Assembly: GCF_041956535.1 (NCBI RefSeq)
Contig: NW_027192208.1
Location: forward strand, 273,036-337,035
DNA length: 64,000 nt
Reading direction: 5' to 3'
Source of the DNA: Calcarisporiella thermophila CBS 279.70
Lineage: Eukaryota; Fungi; Calcarisporiellomycota
The notes beneath the pieces are model-generated. The model had not been told where the DNA came from and ran no database searches. It saw nothing but the letters and a program-made list of their open reading frames with translations. Of the stretch, positions 51,917-64,000 are shown in pieces. A program made the position numbers and the translations under genes. The stretch's first letter is position 1. Every line of letters begins with the position of its first letter.

Positions 51917-53457
51917 CTAGGACCAAATTGCGGCGTATGAGCCACATACTCCTTGGTAGAGCGGCCCTCCTGTGGTGAGGAGCCGCATCCCACTCTCGTC
52001 GTACGTCATCGAATGGACTACGTTGCAGGCATAATTGGCCAAATGATGCTGCAGCTGATTGTCATTCCAACACTAAACCGAGATCAGTCATAACTCATGC
52101 AGGAAAAAAAGGGATAAGAAACTCACCAGCCAGCCATGGCCTGTCTCGAACCACTCCTTGGTCTGCTGTGGGCAGTCACCGCGAATGCTGGACCCGGCCA
52201 AGTCGACGTAGGCCCGAGCCCTCAAGTCGTAGAAGGAGATGCGGCCGAGGCCACCTGCTACGGCCACAACGTGCTCGCTGAATGCCAAACTTCGCACGCC
52301 CCACTCCTCGTCAAGAGAGGGGGCGGTGTGCACCTCCGAGCGCATGCGAGAGTCAACGAAGGCAACCTGCGCCTGCGAGCCGACCGCAAACAGGCGCTGG
52401 GAGGGATCGGCGGCGGTGGCAACAAGCTCGCGGGCATCGCTCAGCGCCACGAAGGAGGCGAGATCGCCGCGGCGAGCATCCCAGAATTTAAGGAGGCCGC
52501 GAGTCGAGAGTGCGGCCACCTGGTCGGCTGCGCCGCTATACAGCACGGATCGCACCTTTCCGTTTGTCTCGTGGCGCGTGAGGATGGAGGTATAGGTGTC
52601 GACCTCGGCATCGAGAATGGGGAGCTGGAGGGTGTGCTGCGACAGCTGGGAGAGAGACCAGAAGCGCAGGCTGCCGTCGCGGGAGCCCGTCGCAAATGAC
52701 TCGTCGGAGAGCCAGGCCGCGGTGAAGATCATGTCGGCATGGCCCTACAATCACAGAGCGGGGTTAGGCAGTCGGTTCCACGGCCCGAGGCCGATGCTGG
52801 CGGGATTGGCGGATACTTACGTCGAAGATGGCCACGGGTTTGAACGAGGGCAGCTCGTACACGGTCAATCGGAACGGCTTTCCGCCGGCAATGAGCAGCC
52901 TTGTGCCGGATGGATTGATGGCCAAGGACCGGATGCCAAAGTCGAGAGGCGCAGGCAGCTCGCGGGTGGCCGTGCCGGTGATCTCACCAATGGTCGGGAT
53001 CTGCACCCGGCGGCCGGAATTGATATCATAGTGCAGCAGCTAGGCCAACAAAAGAGGAGTTAAGCTTTATGAAATCCAACCCCCCCGCATGGCGCACATA
53101 AGGCAATCTGCTTACCGTGTTGCACTTGCTGCCCAGGACGACCTCGTGGTCCGACAGCCAGACGCCGGAGAATATCTTGTCCATGTCCGACAGCTCCAGC
53201 TCGTGCTCGCGCAGCAGCGCAGGCATGCGCGAGGCGGTTCTTGACAGGAACTGCTTGTGGGGGAAGGCGGGCGCGCGCATGGTTGGGGCCGTGAGCTCGC
53301 GATCCCGCAGCGCTCGCACGCTGCTAGTGTGGTGGCCACCGGCGTAGCCGGGGGAGGAGAAGGCGCCGTATCTCCAGGACTTGGGGACATGGGAGAAGGA
53401 GGGGCGCTTGATTGGCGGGAGCAGGGGCATTTCAGTGGAGGAGGCGATGATGTTCAT
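51917..53457 (-). CDS. DCAF12: DDB1- and CUL4-associated factor 12 (DCAF12/WDR40)-like WD40 protein, 4 exons
   Basis: H-box-like SSVRALRDREL; LLREHELEL..DKIFSGVWL..VVLGSKCNTL; INPSGTRL; GHADMIFTAAWLSD..TGSRDGS; GVRSL..FYDLRA; TGHGWL; C-terminal GGPL..G..GSYAAIWS, all collinear with animal DCAF12 as I recall it. Confidence 0.85.
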
Positions 53458-53936
53458 GGTGAGTGGCTAATCCCGTGAATGCACAAGCGGGGGCGTTGGA
53501 ATGCAGGCTGGGGGGGGGAGCGGCGAAGGGCGCGGCAGGGAAAGGCGGGCGAAATGGGGGCGGGGGGAGGGCAAGAGGCGAGGAAAGGAGGGGCTGTGAG
53601 CGGTTGATGAGAAAAATGAGCAGGTGAGGGGCACGAGACCAGCAAAGAAGGGCAGGGAGAAATTTTAAAGACGGAGAGGGACAAAATGAAAATAAAAGGG
53701 GAAATCCCTTGATCCGATGGGTCAGGTTTCGCAAATTTTTGTGTTTCCTGGGCCTGTGTTTGGCTCCAGTCTGGCTCTTATTGTTTGTTCTGTTCTAAGT
53801 GCGGACGGCGGGCGGATCAGGATTAGTACTCATAGATACAATTCAACAACGTACAAGAAATGACTAAGGCTAGATAACAGGATTATGACCATAGGTTTAA
53901 GAAACACGAAACACAGCACACACAGCGAGCAAAGCT

Positions 53937-56509
53937 TCACGGCTTGCTCTTGATCCCGCCCCCCATCCTCGCCGTCGCCGCGCCCGGCTTGCCGCCCGGA
54001 TTGGCCGATCCTGTCATGGGATTGACATGCGCATCATCAGCACCCCATGGGCCGCTCTCAATTTGGAACACATCCAGCATCACTCACCGTCCTTTGCGGG
54101 TCTTTTGCCCTCGGCCGCGCCATTTCGCTCATGCAGAGGCTTCATCGGCGCCAATGGCTTCACTTTACCTATTCGACATCCGGGGTTAATTCAGCCCATC
54201 GGGCGACCTTTCTAATGCCTCTAGCTCACCGGTATAGGGGACATATCCAAGCTGCCGTTTCAGGCTCGCTTGCAGATCAAACTTGGGCCGCGGCGGTGCA
54301 GCGGTGGCAGGCTTTGTACTCTGATGGCGAGCGTGCTGAGGAGGCTCCGAGCTCTTGTTGCCTGCCGGTTTGCTAAGCCGGTCCCAAATATTCTGGCGCT
54401 TTGTCTTGTGCGGAGATCGTGAAATGGTACTTCTATGGGGGATAAGAAGATAAATTTATCGGGGGGTGAGCTGGTGCCGTCTAGGCAAGTTAGGCTATCT
54501 AGGACACTTGCTTCTTCTTGAGAGATGCTAGGCGGCTGGCGGTGTGTGTTTTGTTTTCCTTGGATGATTCGTTGCGGTAGATGGGTTTATACGGCTGGCT
54601 TCCCGCCGAAGTGGACGGCTTCGATTGAACAGGCCGCGTATTAGAATAGGCGGGGCAATCCTTTCGAGAGCGGAGAAGCAGCCCTTACCTTCGATCCGGC
54701 CTCTCCCGGCGGCTCCACTCCGAGCTTTCTCTTCTTAAACGGCGTCTTGGCCGATAGACGCGCGTGCTTACCGGCGTCCTCATCTCGATCCTCCTCGTCC
54801 TCGTCCGGGCGGCATCGCCGTTTTGCAGCGTAATGGGTCACGATCGAGTCAAGTCTATTGTGCTATGGTTACGGCACGAGCTTAAAACAGGGACTCAAGG
54901 TAGGTCTAACTCACTTGTTGAATTCTTTTTCGTGGATGCCATCGAACCTTAGTTTGAGGGTTCTGGGAGTGAACGGCGTCCTGCAGCACAAAAAGATTGG
55001 GTGAGCAAGTGCCAAGATGGCCGTCATGACAGATATATTTACGTGGAGCCCTGGTTCCCAAACACTTTGGCCATGATCTGTTTGCGTTCTGGAGTGGGGA
55101 GATTCTCTACAACGTGGAAGCCGGCCATGGTCAATGGCGGCGGCACAATTATCAGCAAACGATAAGGGTGGGGAAGCAGTCAACTAAAACAGGGACACCA
55201 CATACTTGTTTCCGTCACTCGCTGCTCCATTTCCGTCAAGATGGATTGAAGTTTCTCCGGTAACCCGGGGTGGACACACTCTGCCATCTTGAATGGGCTG
55301 CCAAAAGTGAATTTATGTGTGGTAGAGTCCTCTTTCGATCCAAAGACATACGGCTCGTTAGCTAAAATGCACATCCGTCAGCCCCCAGTCCCCATATATG
55401 AAATCCAATAAATAAAAGACTCTACTCTTTTGCTCCCCTTCCTTATCCACCGACGGTTGGATTGTCTGATCAGCCTCTGTTTTCGCGGATGGCTTCGTTC
55501 CCTTGGATGCAGCGTTCGCCCCTGTTTTCGCGGCTGCTTTCATCCCGGGCTCTCTCTTCGAGCTGGCCAACGGCTTTCCTAACTTGGCGGTCGTCGAGAT
55601 GGGCGGTTTTGGTTTGGCTTTGTCTGTCGTGGTGGTAGATTTCGGTGCTGGTTTGACGGCCGGTCTGGAAGATGGCAGAGGCTGCGTAGCCGGCTTGGTG
55701 GGCGCCTTGACGGTTGTCGATTTGACACCTTTTTCCTTGGACCCTGCACCTGCCGTCTTCGAAGGCTTTTGAGAAGTTTTACTCACGGTGCTCCCTTGTA
55801 TCACTGGCTCCGGCCTTGTGACTGTCGTCGTAGGCTGCTTCTCCTCGTCGGGTTTCTCACCATTCGTGTCAGCAGGCCCATCCTCTGCCAAGTTTCCATT
55901 CTCACCTGCATCTACGGCTTTCGATCCCAGCTCCGAGGCCGTTTCCTCCAAATGGGCCGTTGTTGAATCCTCAGCGGTTTCGGTGGAGGGCTGCACTTCT
56001 TCGCCTACTGGAAGTTCTTCTGGAGTACTCTGCGCCTCCTCGGGCTCCGAGTCCTGTTCTCCAATCATTTGTTCTCGGCTCTCTGCATTGTCTCCCTCCC
56101 TTCTCCTACTCTCTTCGGACTCGGCAGATATAGAGATATCCTTAGGGTCACTCACCGCCTCTCCCCTCTCACAGCTCTCCTCCGTTGTTGTCTCTGGTTC
56201 TTCAATGAATTCGCACTGAGGAACCTTGGGCGTATCCTCCAAGCTTTCGCTTTCATTACTATTGGTCTCGTCAATATCTTTGCCTTCAAAACACGATGTA
56301 TCCACTTGCAGTAATTTTTCAATTATTTCCGCATTCTACCACCAAATATCCAACCATGCTACATCAGAGAGGCTAGGGGAGAACTGACCCTTCCGCCAAA
56401 ATAGATACAATACCTTTAAATTAGCTTTCACTCCATACTTTTTTGCGAGCCGCTGCAGTTGCGGCCGTTTGAGCGTCTCAAGATGCGATCGTGTTAGGGT
56501 ATCATCCAT
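53937..56509 (-). CDS. NUSAP1: NuSAP (nucleolar and spindle-associated protein)-like microtubule-binding protein, about 10 exons
   Basis: N-terminal SAP-like LETLKRPQLQRLAKKYGVKANLK; acidic then Lys/Pro-rich region; RFDGIHEKEFNKLDSI; KEN box; PKFDLQASLKRQLGYVPYTGKVKP. Confidence 0.75.
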
Positions 56510-56655
56510 TGATGAACACGCGATGGTGGAAGGTCTGGTCGAGAGTTTGAAGATAGTTCAATTAGTATTAACGGGGGAAATGATTTAATTCATGGGACAG
56601 TGTCAAAAGAAAATCAAAAGAGCGCTCTCTGAAAGCTTTCATTTCTACCATCAGG

Positions 56656-56684
56656 ACGCGTTTGAAATTTCAGTTGGAACGCGT
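56656..56684. promoter_or_regulatory. Two MCB boxes (ACGCGT at 56656 and 56679) with a CHR-like TTTGAA (56661-56666) upstream of the NuSAP-like gene
   Basis: GGACGCGTTTGAAA..AACGCGTG read directly, about 150-175 bp from the ATG at 56509. Confidence 0.5.
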
Positions 56685-57022
56685 GACGTAGCATTCCAGT
56701 TCGAATGTCTCTTAGCGTACCAAATAGGATGCTAGTAACCGGCTTGGATGAGTCCCATTTTTTCGTCTTGCTACCACCCCAATATGAGGGGTAAAGGAAG
56801 GATGGTGAAGGACCCTTTTAATGTGGACGATTTCTTCAGAGGAGGTCTCCTATATCTAGGTCCTGCGGCGGTTCATAATGAAAGGGGACATGGACAAATT
56901 GGGTCCGAACCTGCCCTCAACTTGCCCACCCGTCGACGAACAAAATTTTGAACCCTTTGGCCGAAATTAAGTTCCTCCTCTTACAGCTCTTTAGGCAGGA
57001 GGTCCTATTAGTTATCATCATC

Positions 57023-57902
<880 letters not shown>

Positions 57903-58300
57903 GCAGCTTTCCCCGGATCTGCTCACTTTATTGTGCTCCTCATTTTCGTCCCTCTTTCTTTCCCTTTTGTTGCTTATATAATAAAACGACCCTCTTAACC
58001 ATGAGTTTTTTTAAAGTAATAAAAATGGTCTGTCTCCTTTCGTCCATGGTCCTCGCATTCCCAAGCTCTACTCACTCATCTCTAGCTCCTCAAACGACCT
58101 ATATTTTCTATTTTTGAGGGGAGGGTGTCTCGCCTTGTGGAGTCCATTTTCGGGAACTCCTCAAAATTGTTGAGGGCAGGATGAGAGGAGACTCTAATCC
58201 AAGCTTGCAGCTTGGAACACGAAGTTCCTCCTCTTTAAAATAGCCTTCAGGCATCCATCCATTGTCGTTAGGTCTTTTAGCATCCATCTAGTCGATTACC

Positions 58301-59056
58301 ATGGGTCCCAAGCTCGATCCCAATGAGGTACAGCCATCCTCTTTGTCTCCCACCCCCTCCCTCCTTGATGGCACCCTAAATGCCCCTATATCTCCTGACC
58401 AAGGAGGAGAAGCAGTCGCCTCCATCACTAATGCATCTCATCGCTAACTAGGTCAAAATCCTTTACCTCCGTACCACGGGTGGTGAAGTCGGTGCCTCCT
58501 CCTCCCTCGCCCCCAAAATCGGTCCCCTCGGTCTCTCCCCCAAGAAGGTGGGTGAAGACATTGCAAAGGCCACCGGCGACTGGAAAGGATTGCGTGTCAC
58601 CGTCAAGCTGACGATCCAGAATCGTCAGGCGGCCGTCAGTGTCGTGCCTAGCGCAAGCTCACTGGTCATCAAGGCTCTGAAGGAGCCACCGCGTGATCGC
58701 AAGAAGGAAAAGAACAGTACGTACGATGCCTCGTCCTGTGGCCCCACTCCCTTTTAACGGCTTTTTTCTCCTGTTTTTAGTCAAGCACACCGGAAACCTT
58801 TCCCTCGATGATGTGATTGACATTGCCCGTCAGATGCGATTCAAGTCATTGGCACGGGAGCTTAAGGGTACCGTAAAGGAAATTCTCGGAACATGCTTCA
58901 GCGTTGGATGCACTGTCAACGGTAGGCATTCTCTATTAGCCCCGGACATTCACCTGGGTCTTGCTTAACTCTTCTACCTCCATCATTTTAGGACTAAGCC
59001 CGAAAGATATCAGCGATCAGATCGAGGATGGCGAGATCGAGATCCCCGACGAATAA
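58301..59056 (+). CDS. RPL12: 60S ribosomal protein L12 (uL11), 4 exons
   Basis: MGPKLDPNE|[77 protein letters not shown]. Confidence 0.97.
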
Positions 59057-60004
59057 ATCTCTTTGTTTTTCCTACATTTGTGCGTGTTTTTTTCTCTTCT
59101 AACAAGGATTTTGTTGTGTATATTCTTTCTCAAGTTATCATGCTATTTCCTTTTTGCCCTTGGATGGAAGAAAAAAAAAAGGTCGAGTGATATGAAATAT
59201 GGATCTAGATAGGTTCCTTCGTGCCCCCTCATAGTATTATAATTGAAATGGACCAAAAACTTGAGTCACCTTCCGACCAAAAGCTCCCATCAGGCACCAG
59301 GTAAGGTGCAAGGAAACAGGAGACGACCTTTCAATGAAAAGACACTTTGGATTATTCCAGGCATTCTCCCCGTATTTTATCGTGATGTTTCGATAACTAG
59401 AAGAAGCACCTCTAAGTTTGCTAAACAAATGCAAATCGAGATATTCGATTATTTTAAATACCTCGAAGAAACAGATAGGTGATAGAAACCAGGTCTTTTA
59501 CGCGAATGTTCTAACGATAAGCTTGGCGAGATATATAACGATTAAAGAAAGCTCTAAGTGGCAGCACTCCCATGATATCATGGAGCTATTTCAAAAGATA
59601 TGGCATGCGAAATTTTGCTCCCCTATCTCCCATGTTAAAGGCCTCCTCACCAAGTCTATACTATGCAATCTCAAGTCAAACGAGACAGGCTATCAGTAGG
59701 TGTATTTAGCTGAAGGAGGGACCTTTGGGGGGGACTAGCCACGTTGGAATTCTATCCTGGATGGGCTTCGGTTCCTGAATAAAATTCCAGGATTGACTAA
59801 TGGAAATATCGGAATTCAATTCGAAAGGGCCAGGAAAACTGGCCATCGATTCCGACCGAAGCTTTGGGCGGTCCCTTCCAATTCATGTCATTTCGTGGCT
59901 TATCTTTTTTCACCTTGTAAATATCCATAGAAAATCTCTGTTCGCCTCCCCCCCTTTCGTTATTCGCGACCCAGTTTGGATCTCTCGCAAACATCAGATC
60001 TACT

Positions 60005-60735
60005 ATGTTAACAGGGCACGTCCGACGATCCCTCATCAATAGCAGGGCATCTCTTGCGTACAATAGCCGCCTGGCCTTCTCCTCCTCCTCTTCGTTGTCA
60101 TTCTCGACCCCCAATCGATCTCCCACCCCCTCCCCCTCCCCAGCTTCCTCTAATGCGCAATCCGCTCAGCGATCATCTTCCCAACCCGCCCAACTCGACT
60201 GGAATACCTATTTCACACTCCGCCGTCAGCGTCGCCTTTATGAGCGTGCTGCCGCCATTCCATCCACCCTAGCGGGTCTTTCCGTCGGTGGTGCCTACTT
60301 CTTCTCACAGGAGATCGACATCACGCAAACCCACACCCTGATTGGATTAGATCCCGTGACCACATGTGTTATCTACACGATTCTGTGCGGGGCTGGCGGG
60401 TTGTTGTTGGGCCCGGTGGCGGGGAATGCAACGTGGCGCCTCTTCCACCGTCGCATTCTCAACGAAATGGACAAGGTAACATTGGCGAAATGATGGTTGG
60501 ACGAATGCTTTCTGAATCACTAATACTGCCCTTCGCCTCATGTTAGAGAGATAAGGCATTCTATGAGCGCATCGTCAGAAACAGAGCCGATGCATCGCTC
60601 AACTCGTTCCGCAACCCCGTTCCTGACTATTACGGCGAGAAGATCAAGAGCGTGGCCGAGTACAGGACATGGTTGCGGAAACAGCGTGAGCATCAGCGCA
60701 AGGGGACATTTGGAGGCCGAGCAGAGGAAGAATAA
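60005..60735 (+). CDS. PAM17: Presequence translocase-associated motor subunit Pam17, 2 exons
   Basis: Presequence; LDWNTYFTLRRQRR; GLDP; LLGPVAGN; FYERIVRNRADAS..NPVPDYYGEKIKSVAEYRTWLRKQR. Confidence 0.93.
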
Positions 60736-61104
60736 AGGAAGGGGGAGGATTTTTCTCTTCGAGTGCTGCAACATATATTATAAATAAACCTAGATTTTTA
60801 GAACTTATAACATCAGAGCCGCCAAGAACACCCCTCCCACCCTCTCACTACCTCTTTCCACCCTGGCAGCCTGTGGAGTTTGGCTGACCAAGGATATCTG
60901 TGGGAGGCGATATGGCACAATAGAAACGGCTCGGATTTGGAAACGGTGCCTCTCCGGTTTACGAAGTCAAAAGGGAGGAAGGGGCGGGAGAGGGAGAGGG
61001 CAGGGATAACCAGCCCTCTTTTTGGACAAAAAACTCAAGAGCATTCCAGCGTAAAAGATACGAAATCAAATTCAATCATACAGTGAAATAAACATAAACA
61101 TCCC

Positions 61105-63039
61105 CTAGGTGGTCAACGCCTTCGTGACATCGACTCCCCTTATACGTCCACCCACTTTGTCGAAAAATTCCTTCGCCGTCGGATCGTTTTTCGAGTGCTT
61201 ATCGACGTAAATCACGACCAGCAGGGCGTGCGTATCCATCTGGGCAATGAAATAGGTGGCACCGATATGTCCATCGTAGAAGTACAAGGGGCCGGTCCGT
61301 GCAAAATCGGCGAGCTCGCAACTACCATCCTGTATTAGCGAGATGACGTTGGGCCAATGTTCTTTAGGCGGGTTCTGATGCATATGAGTGGAAAAGACGG
61401 TAGAAGAGTCAATCAAACAGTAGCGGTGGAAAGAGAGCGGAGAAGAGGAAGGAAGGGGAGGGGGAAGGCAGAGGCCACCCTCCCCAAAGAAACCAAACCA
61501 TCGTTTCATCCAAAACTTACCTCTGGATAACAGAAAATGCACGGGAAAGAATCCAACCCGGTCGGCCTCACATAGGGCTCCCCTGGCATGCCATAGCCTC
61601 TGGGATAGAAGCGCACGTCATCGGTTACCTTGTACAGCAAGCACACGTTATGGGCCCCAGACCGTTTTCGAAAGTCTCTTATCCTACACTCACAACAACC
61701 AAAGAGGGAGGGGGGGAGGGTCGTCAAAATGCACTTAAAATAATAAAAACTAACACGATTGTATACATGGTATAAAGGCTCTCCTCTCCTTTTCGAGCGT
61801 CCACTTTTCGCCACAGTGTCCTTAAATCTCCCCCCAGTATCATCTCGGTCTCCAGTAGTGTCCCCATGAAATAGAGTGTCAGCTTGCTGTTGAGATGGGC
61901 GAGATAACGCGGAAACCATGCGAGAATGAAGGGAGTTGTGCTGGTCTTGTGCCTTTTGGAGAACCTCTGCATTAGAAAAAGACAACCCATCATGTAAGAT
62001 AAAACAACCTTGGAATCAGACTAATTATGCAGCCGCTACCTCAGCAGACGCGAAAATTCCCAGTCCCCCTAGCGATCTCTCGCTCCATGACCGTTCACTC
62101 GCGCCATCGTCTTTTAGCTTCTACGCAAATAAAAACCAAACCAATCACCCGTATCAATACAGTGCTGGATTTTTTTTTTTTGTTTCTTAGTTTACGCTAC
62201 CTCCAAATTTTCCCGCCGGCTTATTAAAGCGCTCAGCTTTAAAATCTCCATCTTACAGAGATACAAATTCGAGGTCGCATCCTTTAGGCTATAGTCTGCA
62301 ATAGCATCCCTCGCAGTAAGAAGATATTGCAAGGTTTTGAGCTCATACTCCATGGTGGTGAGAAGAGTACCGAGTGTGTATCCCTGTATAGATGAGAGCT
62401 GCATCTGCGCCTGGGAAATGACCTCTCGGATAGGGGCGGAGGAGTCCTCAGGTCTCAGGATGGATAATGAGCGATATCTAACAAGATGCAAAGCAGCGCA
62501 AGGAGACACTTTAATAAGCGATTTGGGTTTCAAGTGAGAGTCCATAATTACATATCCATCTGTGTTTGTCGGATTTGAGCAAACTCCTCCAGCTCTTTGT
62601 ATAACACAGCAAGTAATTGAGAATAATTCTCGGGGCGCTCTTGGAGATGGCGAAGCTCTCTGGCCGTGTTTAACCGAAAGTCGGAATATATTGTGTCGAG
62701 GGGCTATGGGCATGAAAACTTGGTATTAAAGGGCAGCATGAGAAAGACACGAGGGTGCATGCTCACATCTTGATTCTTGCGTTGGCTTGTTTTGAGAAAG
62801 GCGAGGGAAGTGTACAAGGATTCATTGGCGCGCAATTTGATGAGAAGGCTGCCTGCGAAGGAATGAGTCTGTCTCATTTCAAACCATTAACCCAAGCGCT
62901 TTCACTCTTCTGCATTCCGATGGAAATTTAAGCGTACCTTTGCAATCTGTTCTCCCACGCGAGCAGCTAGTTCATAATCGAGGCATCCGAGCGCGTGAAA
63001 GTAATCACGAAGAAGCTCTTCGAGCCCCTCTGTTTCCAT
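61105..63039 (-). CDS. KICS2: KICSTOR subunit 2 (C12orf66/DUF2003)-like, multi-exon
   Basis: ESLYTSLAFL, ELEEFAQIR, SKLTLYF, GYGMPGEPYVRPTGLDSFPCIFCYP, HWPNVISLI, YFYDGHIGATYFI..LLVVIY, collinear with animal C12orf66 as I recall it. Confidence 0.85.
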
Positions 63040-63332
63040 GGCAGGAGGTTTGAGATGATTAGTGGAAGGTTTATTAGAGCAAGAAAGTCTGGTAAAATAG
63101 AAAAATGAAGCTCCGAAATGAATCAAACGTAGCAGTCCCCATTACGCGGTGTTGGCAAAAGGGTGCTCTAGGTAGAAATGGATCGAAAAAAAAAATCATG
63201 GGTATTAAAACAGATTAAGTGAATAGACGTTGAAAGAAGGGGAAAAATACAAGGATTAGAATAAAAGAAATGGAAAAACGAATAAGAAGAAGAAGAAAAA
63301 GAAAGAGAAAAAATTAAGGAAAACGCACGACA

Positions 63333-64000
63333 TCAACTACTCAACTCCTCGCCGAACTCTGGAACCTCCCATTCATTCTCATGCTCGGACTTCTCAAATA
63401 TTCCGTCTTGCCAGCGTTTCTCGGTCTTCTCGCTTGGAACCACCCTCACGGCTCCGCAGCACACCTCCAAAAAGCCCAAGATCTCCTCGGCCTCCACCTC
63501 CAGCTTCCAATCAATGAACCCGAGCAGTGTCCTCTCCAGCTTCAGCAAGCTGGCGACCGAGGGAGAGCCAGGGACCAGGAGCGAAAAACGGTATGCGGTA
63601 TTCAGGTGCCATTGAGCATCAATGTCGCGGTAGATGGAAGAATAGGAGAGCGAGGAGGAAGGGGAGTTGGAGGAGGAGGAGGATGGGTTATGGACACGGA
63701 AGTAGAAATAGAAGTACTTGAAGGCTATGATGTATGCTATGAGCACGAGTCTCTGAGTGCAGCCCATTGCGCCCTGGGCCGCTGGATATTTCTAGACACC
63801 GAGGACACGAAAAAGATTAGTGGAAAAGCGGTGCCAAGGCTTGCGCCGGGAAACAGGCAAGGGGGGGTAGCTACCGATTTTAACTTGTCCAGGTAGGACA
63901 CCGCCAATAATAGGATTGCCGTTGGGCAAGATGCAGGCATTGGGCTATGAGAGTTATCGGGGGAATGCAAAGGATTCGGATGGATCAGATGCGTGGGGGT
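63333..64000 (-). CDS. Pho85-type (Pcl1/2-like) cyclin-fold protein; 5' part lies beyond the window
   Basis: AILLLAVSYLDKLKS|KYPAAQGAMGCTQRLVLIAYIIAFKY..LLKLERTLLGFIDWKLEV resembles the Pcl cyclin box. Confidence 0.65.

Noticed and set aside
60724-60735. PAM17 ends in EEE, a DCAF12-type degron, near the DCAF12 gene
   Set aside because: Pam17 is mitochondrial, and gene proximity does not imply a substrate relationship in eukaryotes; likely coincidence.
63381-63896. 171-aa plus-strand ORF with a hydrophobic start
   Set aside because: Antisense to the cyclin-like exons, which carry recognisable motifs and a clean intron.

Overview
Gene-dense, intron-rich eukaryotic DNA with short GT-AG introns (mostly about 55-95 nt) and CTAAC-type branch sites. 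The gene content points to an early-diverging, non-Dikarya fungus (Mucoromycota/Zoopagomycota-like); this placement is an inference. I can support 27 protein-coding genes, in order: ERD1-like EXS protein, a single-chain 3957-aa fatty acid synthase, GH18 chitinase with CBM19, a 55-aa three-exon microprotein absent from the ORF track, VanZ-like protein, HEL2, a secreted Cys/Gly/Tyr repeat protein, BRL1, SRP9/21, MIL1/DUF726, casein kinase I, HAP2/NF-YA, NUP57, QNG1, Ina17-like, a CAP/PRY protein, CYM1, ATP10, PMT1, then a 310-N gap, then DCAF12, a NuSAP-like protein, RPS14, RPL12, PAM17, KICS2 (C12orf66) and a partial Pcl-type cyclin. No tRNA, rRNA, CRISPR array or recognisable transposon was seen. 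Most interesting: (i) three 'animal-type' genes not known from model yeasts (DCAF12, NuSAP, KICS2) within about 11 kb, with MCB plus CHR-like elements upstream of NuSAP; (ii) the KR-partitioned Cys/Tyr repeat precursor; (iii) the putatively lipidated hendecad microprotein; (iv) shared promoter motifs of the adjacent RPS14 and RPL12 genes; (v) a consensus CCAAT box upstream of NF-YA itself. All family assignments come from motif recognition by eye; no database search was run.
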